This document shows positions 52,976 to 64,000 of a stretch of DNA of 64,000 bases, piece after piece (the first letter of the stretch is position 1; every line of letters starts with the position of its first letter). Location of the stretch: positions 3,794,894-3,858,893 of the forward strand of contig NC_068993.1 of NCBI RefSeq assembly GCF_001194135.2, read 5' to 3'. The stretch comes from Octopus bimaculoides. Its lineage: Eukaryota. Made by a program: the position numbers and the translations under genes. The notes under the pieces are model-generated. The model did no database searches. It saw only the letters and a list, made by a program, of their open reading frames with translations, and had not been told where the DNA came from.

Positions 52976-55034
52976 CATGAACAACAATATGGAGTCAATT
53001 AATATGAATTCGACCCAAGAATAGTCAGGTAATTTCACTTAGGTTATAATAATCAAATATCGTAAATATCTAAGGAGAAAAGCAGCAAAAATATAAAAGA
53101 AGTATACGTAAATTACTTTTACACTCTAAGGAAGATAAAGTAAAGTCAGACGCTTCGGATTGAGGTTCTTCGTCGAGAAGAATTGAGAAGAAACAAAGGG
53201 AAGAATCTGTTTGTCCTTAGAAGCATTATTCACAAGAGAAAACTTGGCAGATGTAGATAAATATCGCTTGTTTTATTATCATATGCTGCATATGCCACTG
53301 TAATTTTTAGCAGGAGAGTGTAGTATACAATACGATTTCAGAGCAAGTTTAAGCTTGCTTTATTGATTTTGATAAAGCATAAATATTTTCCCAATCTTAA
53401 ATGTTCTATTTTATGCTATTAGACAAGTTAATCAGATTTGACTTTTGTTAATGAACAGCAATAATAACAATTAAACCTGACCCACTCTATGGCCAGTACT
53501 GATTTAGATTATATTTGTGATTATGAATAAGGCGACACTAGTGTCCCGCCTCTATAATGGAACTCCGCCTTCAAAGGACATGAACAATACCGGAAGGAGG
53601 GTGCAATTATTTTGAAACGTTAATTACTTTCCGGAGTGTCTTAATACAAAATAAAACAGATTGAACCGATAATTGAAACCAGGTAACATACTGTGTTTGC
53701 TGAGAACCGACTGTTGTAACATACCGGCTGCAATTTAGATAATATTAATAGTGACATATACGGCACTTGAAGAAATGAATGGTGTTTTAGAATGCAAATA
53801 TGAAAAATAAAACAAAGAATACAATAATAAAACAGCCGTGTTTGAGACAGCAATGTTCTAAGTAAATGTCATCGAATTCAATGAAAAATTCACAGATGCA
53901 AATTTTCTAGCTATTAAATTTTCTCCTTGCAACAAATTCTCTGACAGTTCCATTGTTAATCTCCGCAGGAATACAGCCACCTTTGGACAATAATTGCTTG
54001 TATTATGCCTATAATTTTAAATTAGTAATCTATTTCCGGAACACTTCTCACCAAATCACTTTTGAAGAATGCTTTTGCAAATAACAAAGAAAATTAGATA
54101 GATTTGATTATGTGATATTATACAGAGATAGATTATAATATCGGATAATGAAATTGTGGTTAACGTTTCCTAATGAACAATTTATCACCAGGATATTCAG
54201 TTAGTTGTTAGTTCAGTGAATTAAATAGCTGATCATTTGATAGTTCATTTATGACAAAGCTGCTTTTCAGTTAGACAGAAGCCTAATTCAGCAACTAAAC
54301 AAACTAACTTTATGACAATATTGTAACTCGTTCGAAGCTCAAAGCCAAATAACGCTAAATTTTGATATTGCAGCCATACCTGTGAATGATTTATAATAAG
54401 AGATAAGATGCTCAGTGAAACCTTGACTACCGAAATTTTAGTTTATCTTCGAAGTTTAAATAGTTGCTTGACGCAAAGACTATCATTAACATCATTAATA
54501 ATCCTTACCCTTTGTGCTGTCTTCGATCGCCATAGGTTACTGATAAATACAGTATAGTTCTGTTAGTAATTATTTCGGTGTGGCCGAACTGACATCAGTT
54601 CATACTCTGCAAATAGCATTGCGTTGTATATTTGGCAAATTTGCTCCACTCTCAAGCAGCCCGGACTGATTAATTGAAAAGTGTCATAGAGTTAGAAAAT
54701 CAAGTCACTGTAAATACAAGCAAACTTGAGGATTTGTTAAAAGAAGCACTCAAACACACACACATAGTAAGCCTAGCTGATGAGATTTCCGTGTCAATTC
54801 GGCACAGAAAGTAAAATCAATTGATACTGGCATATCTACCCTGCTCTTCGTCGTTTTACAAATGGGGGTTACCGTTTTCCTAAATGTATTTGCTACATTC
54901 TCCATGCATATTTACATATTTATATTAGGTACTAAATGTGGTTATTTTGAGAATTCCATTGTGTGGCGTTATTATTTTCTGTAATAATACCCTGTATATA
55001 AATATATAAATATATATACATATATATATATATA

Positions 55035-55196
55035 CGACTGGCTTCTTTCAGTTTCTGTCCACCAAATCCACCTACAAGGTTTTGTTCCGCCGAAGACTAT
55101 TGTAGAAGACAATTGCTCACGGTGCCACACAGTAGGATTGAACCCGGCACCATGTGGCTGACAAGCAAGCTTCTCACCACACAGCTTCTCCTACGC
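55035..55196 (-). mobile_element. SINE family B, 5' half
   Basis: Colinear with 12671-12832 (cttctttcagtttc...gtagaagac...ggtgccac...gaacccgg..ccatgtgg...accacacag), with the same 3' junction into a TA-rich repeat. Confidence 0.85.
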
Positions 55197-56547
55197 CTAC
55201 CAATGTATATATATTAAATTATTAGTAAGGAAAATAGACATTTATACATCTAGTTCGATTCTGCTGACAGTGACGCTCAGGGAAAATGAAAAAGTCTTTT
55301 ACGTTTTGAGCCGACGTTCTTCAAGAGAAAAGAATAGGAGGAAATAAACAGAGATAGAGTCCCGCGGGCCAGCATGGCGAAACTTTCAGAGCTGAGAATT
55401 TAAACCATTTCTGAGTATGTGACTTCCATAAAGCTGACCTCCGTCTAGCAGCTATAGCTTATGATGCTTGCAGACAGAGTCTTCAGTGGTAAAATTATAA
55501 TCATTTGCCATATTACCTCGATATACTTTCTCCGTTTATCGAGTAACAAATATTACACATTTTTCACCAGAAATCGCCCCTTTATTCAAAGCAACACTAT
55601 TTCTGCTATTCCCTGTAAAATACTAATTTATACTAAGAAGATCTGAATGGAATCTGTAATTTACATTCGAATTGAAGTATTATTTCCTGTTGACTACAAT
55701 ATATTTCTGAAAGAAATTGATAAAATTTCCAAATATCGCAACCTCAAAGTAGAGATAACCAGATTTTGGTATTGTGGTCATTGAAAATAAAGACAAAATC
55801 CATTTAATAAATGCCATGGTAAGATAAAATTTCAGCAGAGAAACTTAATCAGTTTTATCATCACTAAAAGAAACAGGATATTTGACTCTAGATAGATTAA
55901 GAAATCAAAAACCGTTTTTATTCCAGGATGTCTTAAATGCAACATATGACTATTGACAAAACAAAATTAATAATTTGAAATCGATTAACATTAAAGAACT
56001 ACTCGGGGGAGAGTGATTATAACGGTTTTTAAATTATCATATAAAAAAAATATAAGAATAAAAATGAATTTAAAATAATCATGGATTTTATGATAGCGAT
56101 CGGAGAGTGTAGGAGGGGTGACGCTGGAGAGAATCAAATATTTACAAAATAATTTATTTTATATCGCGTTTTTTAATACTCTCGAGATGTTAGCGTTTGA
56201 AAACATTTACATTTCATTGATACATCTTTTCATCTGCAAATCCCTCAGTAAATGATCCCTAATTATGATATAATATCTAATGTCATTATAATTTGAACGT
56301 ATTCTCATGAGATATGACGAGGAGTTCTAAAAGCCACTTAAAATGTTGAAAACTTTTCCTACGCGCTTATGATTATTTACCATACACTCATTAAAGGGTA
56401 ACCAACTTACTCGATGCTAAAACAACCAACGTGTCTCAAACTAAAATATCTTATGGCCCATGATAATAATAATAATAATAATAATGACATTTCGATAAGT
56501 TAATTTGTAAACCGCCATCTTCCGGATATAATATTTTGTGTTCTCTG

Positions 56548-56615
56548 CCGGTTTCTTAGTAGTTTTAAGTACATTCTATACCCGGTTTCTTAGTGGTTTT
56601 AAGCACAATCTATAC
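56548..56615. repeat. 34-bp tandem duplication
   Basis: ccggtttcttagtagttttaagtacattctatac / ccggtttcttagtggttttaagcacaatctatac, 3 mismatches. Confidence 0.9.
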
Positions 56616-56622
56616 CCGTTTA

Positions 56623-56676
<54 letters not shown>

Positions 56677-59446
56677 TATTATTATTATTATTATTATTAT
56701 TTTATGTTTGACTNNNNNNNNNNTCTTCTTCTTATTATTATTATTATTATTATCATTATTATTATTATCATTATTATTAAAAAGCATCTTCGATTTCAGT
56801 CAGGATTATGCTGAGCTTGAAAGCTTAACCAAAAGTAAATTACGATACATAACCGTGTCATTAATAAGAAATTTTATCTGTGGCTTAATACGTATGTGCC
56901 ACGCTAATTAAAAAGAATAAAGAGCAGCTGAATTTGCAACCAAACTGAAATGAATTTGACAAATTAAATTCCTTTTTTGCATTTGTGTAGAAAGGTTAAA
57001 TCCTTTGTTTAAGCAAACAACAAATCTTATATGTGCGGTGCGGAACGACGAAAACAAATGGACTCTGGTAGAGATATATTCTTTGGGAAAGAGTAAATAG
57101 AAATATTTTCGATGCGTGTAGTTACTGTTTGCTGATGCTTGTATTTACACTCGATGAATTCTTTAACTCATTCAGTTGTAGAGGTGCCTTACCGATTTTA
57201 TCTTCATGTGGCGTAATTTTGTCTTCATGCGATCGATATAACGGAGCCTATTTATCTCTGTAAGCTATTCTGATATCAATGAAATGGTCGATAAAGTGAA
57301 TTATGACACATATTTTCAGCTAAGTGGATTTGTTTTATGGAGACACCTCAGTTTAGGTGGTGGTATGTGAACCAAAGATTCCAGCAAACGACTTAAACAT
57401 TTGTAACTTTCTTTACATCAATTCAAATGTTATGATATTCCTGTAAGACATTGCTTTCCACATTTAATGACTGTAACTAAATTCAATATGAGTTTCTGTA
57501 TCTTGAGAAAATATTTTTATATTTTCTTTAGAACAATTCGCAAGTAATAAAATATGAAGAAAACCCTAAGAGATAATACATTATCTAAGTGAATATACAA
57601 TTTCAGCAAGGCAGAAATTAGTGTAAGCTACTTATTTATAAACCTAAAAGAATGGTATGCTAATGGAGAATAGCAGTCAGCATAAGATGTATGTATCGAT
57701 GTGTGTGTGTGTGAGTGCGTGAGTGTGTTTATGTGTGTAGCATGTGTTTATGTGTGCGTGTCTGTGTGTGCATCAAAATGTATATTTTCAGTGAGTCTTT
57801 TAATGTTACAGCACCACAAAAGATAATCTGTGCTGTTTAAAGTTACCTTTCTGATTTCTGCCATCTGCCGTACATCATATAGAAAATATCATTTTTTGTA
57901 AGAGTAACTGTTCTTTGGAAAATAAATCCACATTACATCTATTCTTGAGACTGCAGTAAAGAATATTAAAAATTAACAGTAACGACTAGACGCTACTGAG
58001 GAAAATTAACTTAGTTTTGAAATGTTTGATTGTGACTCATTTCATCTAAGTCAGGTTTATCTTATTGGCCTGAGTGATTAAGAAGATCAAATAGACTGTA
58101 AGGGAATTTTGGAATCAGATAGTCGGGTAACGAACATAACACTTGTAATGAGGCAGCTAGCTTTTTAGAACACGTGGCTGTTAAAATCCTAATTAAAGAA
58201 GCGGCTCCTTAAACTATCTGTAAGTATATATCGTCATTACTGACTGAACTTCCTAGGCCAACCTAAAGTAAACAGTTTCTACAATTTAAACCTCTTGATG
58301 CAATCTATTTTATTTATTGACTCATGTACCGAGATCATCTTCAACGCACTGTCTTAATCTAATCAGCATTCTAGGTCGTCCGAAAGTTATAATCTCTGTA
58401 CTAACTGAATGATCTGGACCACCCGTATGAACTGTCTCTACAGATTGAGCTCTCCAGACTATGCAACATTTATACGCATTAAACTGATTCGGGTATGTAA
58501 ACCACCTGCAAGTTAATACCGTCTATCCTGAGTGATAGTCTGTTATAAATCAGGCGAGGATAACCGATTCAGTTATCCTAACTACCCGAAAATAAATTTT
58601 GTTTCTACTAACATAAATATCGTAGCCACCCGAAATTTTAACAGTTTCACTTAGGAATCATTTAGGCAAAACTTCTGAAAATAAATTCCATTTTAATTAG
58701 AATGTTTATCTTAGCCGTCCAAAATTAAGGACTTTCTGTATTTGACCTGCTATACAATACATTTGACAATGAATTCTCTTCCTAGAGACAGATTATTATA
58801 GACGAAATTTCAAGACTGCCGAATATATGACAAAGATAATTAGATTCTTCAGCATGTCAATTAAGTTGTAATAGTGTTGATAATTTAATTGATATTGAAG
58901 GATAACTACTTGCCTAAATTGTGATAACTTGTAGCAAGACGGAGCTAGCTGAATATTGAGAAACAAATGGCATTCGATTTAATCATACATGGTATATCAG
59001 TTTGTATATAATCAAACAATTACACTTAAAGGCAACGAATTATTCGAAACAGAGCATCGAATAGAAAGCCCTCTGGTATCCATCTCGGATTGCTGCCTTC
59101 TGAGTTTTCACATAACACCTATGCCAAATTTGCTTTTCAGACCTTTTCTGTATCATTAAATGAAAGGTGAATTATTTATCGACGTCGACTGTTTTACCTT
59201 TCTAACTTGATCATACATCTAATTTGAAGGTACAGCCATGCCACACTGTGTTGCACTCATTCATTCAAAGAATTCGCGTTAGGGTTGAAAAGACTCAGTC
59301 GTTTATACCTAAAGCGAATAACTATTTGTTATGTCACTGACCATCTCTTGGTTGCAATGCCTCCTGTGATTCTGCAATAATCTCTATGCATATTTTACCT
59401 AGTGTTATATGCTTTTCTCGTGAACGAAAGTAAATAGTCGAATGAG

Positions 59447-59488
<42 letters not shown>

Positions 59489-59507
59489 AGAGAGAGAGAG
59501 ATGGGTA

Positions 59508-59524
59508 GATAGATAGATAGATAT

Positions 59525-59576
<52 letters not shown>

Positions 59577-59579
59577 ATG

Positions 59580-59641
<62 letters not shown>
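59508..59641. repeat. (GATA)n microsatellite
   Basis: Long tandem GATA array with rare interruptions. Confidence 0.95.
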
Positions 59642-60762
59642 CATACGCTATAATGACGGTGTATGCAGATGAATATGATTTAATGATCGTCACTATTGTT
59701 TTATATTTCAGATATTTTGGACATTACAAATGTGTCATCAGGAATAAAATAAGCGTCGTCCATTGGAATTTCTCTCATTTGCTCTCTGATAAAACTCGCA
59801 CAGATATCATACACTATTTCATGTCCTTTCTCACCGCTTCTGATTTTCCCCAGATTTTCTTCTTTTCCGGCACTGAAAAAACAGTCAACATTATTGCATT
59901 TCCGCCTTCCACTTAACCCTGAAGTTGTTGCATCATTTAGGCAACCATAAATAAATATCATAGTCTAATATCACCAGAAACTAATGAATCTGAGACTTCT
60001 TTAAAACACCAAATTCTCATACTTGTGTATAAAATAGATTTATTTGTGCACTGGTTATATAACGCAGTTGCATACTCACGTAGTCATAGATTTGAAAGAA
60101 GTTCATTTTGAATGTACTCGAGCAACAGAAAGGCCAAGGATCAATTAGGAGAGATGCTAGAATAATTAGTGTGAACGATGACGTCAATGCTTAATAAAAA
60201 TGAATGTCATTGAGAAACAACGTTTCATCATATTAACATCTCATTGATGACAATGCAGTTCTGCTTTTCAGCCTCTTAATTTAAACTAAATTCAACTGCG
60301 AAGAAATTTCAGGAAATCCACATAGGCATCTATGTATGTGGCGTGTAAAAGAAGATAAAGTCATAAGAGTAATAGACATGCACGTACAAGCACTTATACA
60401 AAAGGAGATGCATGAAATAAGAGCTGCATTAATTCACGTTTCTAACCTTCTTTGTCGCTGTCACGAGATTATGTACCTAAAAGAAATCACTTCTGCAAGA
60501 TGTTCAAAAGTCCTATGAAAATTTATATTCATTTATCCTGTATAGCAAAGTCCGATAGTCTGCGTAATTCTATGTTCTACATGAACAAACATTAAATATT
60601 AGTAGAATATTTCCAAATTAGGAAAATTAAGTCAGAATCACGAATTTCTTCGACAAGTTGCTACATTAGATATCTTTCTTAATCAGTGGCAAAATGGTTC
60701 TAGTATTCTTTTTCAGGTATACGTAAGTTCTATAAGAACAACTGTTCTCAACATTCCCAATG

Positions 60763-60817
<55 letters not shown>

Positions 60818-61044
60818 ATGTATGCATGTAAATTTTTTTAATATATATACATTGTTTCAGTTCTTTCTGTGAGTGAGCATACACAGACACAGACAGACAG
60901 ACACACACACACACACACACATACAGGCATACACACGCACACACACACAAGTATATATCGTTAAAATGTATTTATTCCATTATGTGTAACTAGGTGAGTG
61001 TGTCTTTTATTGATGCAGTAGTAATTATTATCATCACGATCGTA

Positions 61045-61140
<96 letters not shown>
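61045..61140. repeat. Inverted microsatellite (TAC)n-GA-(GTA)n
   Basis: 61051-61094 is the exact reverse complement of 61097-61140 (44-bp arms). Confidence 0.95.
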
Positions 61141-61141
<1 letters not shown>

Positions 61142-61569
61142 CTCGCTGTCGTTGTAGAATTCCGTGTTAAGTGAAAGAAAATTGAAACAAGAGACAGATT
61201 AACAATTTATGAAATATCCTTTCAATTTCTGAATTTCCTCCGCCATTATTTCTTCGGTGAAATGATAATGTGCTGCCAATTGTCTATTTCCGGTTCTATT
61301 TGAAATAAAATAGAACGTTTATAAATAAATATATATATATGTATATAAGAAAAGCCAACATATTTATTAATAAAGCTGTAAAGCTGATATTTCTTAGGTC
61401 TGTCCAAGTATAGTTGGGTATAAGATATGGTCATCTGCTTCCATGCGCACACACAGACAGACACGCACGCACACATACATACACGCATACACAGACAGAC
61501 AGACACACCTACACACACATACTCACACACAGACACACACACACACATATATATGCATGTTCAAATGCA

Positions 61570-62050
61570 TATGTACAGGATCGGACAATAAGCGTAAGGT
61601 AGTGCCAACGGTAGCTCCAGAAATTCCGATCATCGTACTGGAAGATCTCTAGAGCTCGGCGATGACGTCCTGCAAACCCTGGTGGAACAAAATCCCATCG
61701 TAACTGTTGAGGAACAAACAGAAGACCTTGAATGTGGTCAGTCAACCATTGATCAATATCTGCATGGGTCAATGGGTTCCTCACAAACTTTCCGAGTCAC
61801 ACCGCGGGCAGAGAGTGAATGTGTGCTCTTTGCTGTCACGTCTCATGAGTGAACCTCTTTTGGACCAAATAGTAACTGGTGACGAGAAATTGATCTCTAT
61901 GAAAATGTCGAACGCCGAAGACAGTGGTTAGAGAAAGAAGAAATACCAGTACCCCCGGCTAAAGAAGGTCTTCACCCACGTAAGGTATTGTTATCTGTTT
62001 GGTGGGATATGGAAAGTTTAGTCCACTTTGAACTTTTAAACCCAAATAAG
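61570..62050 (+). mobile_element. Mariner (Tc1/mariner) transposase relic, N-terminal to central part
   Basis: Translation across indels gives RTISVR*CQR*LQKFR, DHRTGRS..DDVLQTLVEQNPIVTVEE, GQWVPHKL, DQIVTGDEK, RQWL..HPRKVLLSVWWD..HFELL. These are the mariner WVPHEL, TGDEKW and HPxKxxLxVWWD motifs. No TIRs seen. Confidence 0.92.
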
Positions 62051-62083
62051 ATCTACTATGATAACAAATAGGATCTACTGAAG

Positions 62084-62253
62084 GGCGGTGAGCTGGCAGA
62101 AACGTTAGCACGCCGGGCGAAATGCTTAGCGGTATTTCGTCTGTCCTTACGTTCTGAGTTCAAATCCCGCCGAGGTCGACTTTGCCTTTCATCCTTTTGG
62201 GGTCGATAATTTAAGTACCAGTTTCGAGCCTTGTGTCTAAAGTAGAAAAGAGT
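62084..62253 (+). mobile_element. SINE family A, well-preserved copy with internal deletion
   Basis: GGCGGTGAGCTGGCAGAAACGTTAGCACGCCGGGCGAAATGCTTAGCGG... lacks about 45 bp between GTACCA and TTTCG relative to the 19740 copy. Confidence 0.9.
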
Positions 62254-64000
62254 ATACCATAGTGTGATTTACTTGAAACTTATAGAGCTACTTGTAGTAG
62301 CTGAAGTATTTGGGGGAGTGCGTTTCTAGCTATTCTGTCTGATTTGCGAGCTGAAAATATCGAGGATATTGAAGCACATCATTTGGAGCATTGTGTTTAG
62401 TGTCCAAGAAAAGCAGTTTTGTAATTATATTCATCCTAATCTAAGATTTAAATTCTTGTAATTTACTTCATTGGAAGTTTCCAGATCAATAATGCTATCA
62501 ACTATGAGGTCAACCTTTTACAATCATACGGAATAAATTCATGTCTGGTTCTAAAATAATCCTGCAAGTCACATTTCCACATATAAATAGTCACAAAGGA
62601 ATAGCATGACATTCAACGACGCATTATAATTCCATAGATTCTTGATATGAGGAAAAAAATCCCTCCGGTTAAATTTTATTCCAAGACCAAAACAAAAGAC
62701 CAATACACAGTTCAGAGACAGTTTGACATTTAAAATTATGTTTCCCAATCGTAAACGCTCGATGATTATTTATCATCCATATACAGTTTCTAGATTCTAG
62801 AAAATTACGAAGACTTTAAAAGTTATAAATATAGGAATAATCTCTTTAAATTTTTATCATAGAATACCTTAAATTAAGCTTTAATATAAAACGTGTATGT
62901 TATTGGGATTATTTTGTTGTACTGCTATGTTAAACATATTTTTTTACCAGTATTAGCTTGTGATAAACATTAACGTAACTACGTTTCTGCTATAAAACTA
63001 ATGTGAATTAAAATACTTAAAAAACCAAAAAACGACAATAAACGTTGTTCATAATATTACTTTAATCTCATCCGAAATGCTATGTTTTTCTTTTTCAAGT
63101 AACTCAAAATGCTTTCTTTATTCCATAGTTTAAACACACTAGGTTATTGTTAATAGAATTTAATTGACCCCAGAGTATTCGTGATCGATTGATAAATGAA
63201 TTAATTGAAATATGTGAGGTCATCATGAGAGATCAACAGAAATTGTAAGTTCTATGGTGTACGGTATCTTTGAAGTCTTTAGTTGTTTGCTGTTTACGAC
63301 CAGAGGGGTTTAAGTACAAAACTATTTCCTTGATATGCATAATTATTGTGTGTATTTTACTGTTAAAAGAAATTACATTGTCATGTTTCCAGTTATGGAT
63401 GGTTTTTCACGTCTCCATTAATGGAAGCTGTGCAAGTCTGGTGTAAATTATCAACTGTATGAGTGGATGATGTTTATGTATTTAAGACTGCGGGATGAAG
63501 GATGATATCTTATTTGGGGAGTGGATGCTGACAGAAGAAAGATAGTGTTTGTTACTATATACAGAAGGGATTAATTGCGTGGGGGATGTAACTAAACATT
63601 GCTAAATAGCAGAGTAGATCCAATGTCATTTGAGAAGCATTCATGTCGATAGACATTCAGCACAATAGATTGATCAGAGACGAAGATATTGCTTCAATAT
63701 ATAATAAATAATGCATTTTCGTATATTTAAACAGCGACTTCTAATACCAGACATGGCAGTCGAAGGTTTTACTGGGCACAAACCTGACATTACGGAAACC
63801 CTCGCTGAGAAGTGAGAAGAATCTAAGATGGTGTATACGGTTTTTGATGTGAGTGTTTTGTTGATGGTCTTGTTTCAGCTGTTTCGTATGTAGCTTCAGA
63901 AAATCCTTGTTGAAGCAAATTCCTATCACACAGCAATCGGCCAAATGTTCAGGTGCAATATATCCTTCATTCGTAACATCTTGTTTCCAATTCAGTAACA

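Noticed and set aside
54778-54815. CTGATGA...GAAA with a GTGTC/GGCAC hairpin
   Set aside because: The hairpin is not contiguous with the core, and there is no helix I, helix III or GUH.

Overview
AT-rich, microsatellite-dense eukaryotic (metazoan) genomic DNA from a draft short-read assembly with 12 N-gaps. The dispersed tRNA-derived SINEs look like those of octopus/cephalopod genomes; this is inference, with no database search run. No complete protein-coding gene can be supported, and almost all listed ORFs are simple-repeat or N-gap artefacts. Supported content: three tRNA-related SINE families (about 12 copies), a decayed Penelope-like GIY-YIG endonuclease fragment (17530-17915, -), a decayed mariner transposase fragment (61570-62050, +), a CCHC zinc knuckle plus Thr-rich relic (15190-15700, -), and several splice-site-bounded candidate exons on the minus strand. 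The most interesting signal is a minimal type I hammerhead ribozyme motif (8841-8884, -) whose core carries a double substitution at the tertiary C3-G8 pair (U3-A8), with a palindromic helix III and an extended helix I. Several more decayed hammerhead-like relics occur across the window. Assembly artefacts are visible: gap-flanking duplications and an Illumina adapter remnant at 52101-52117.
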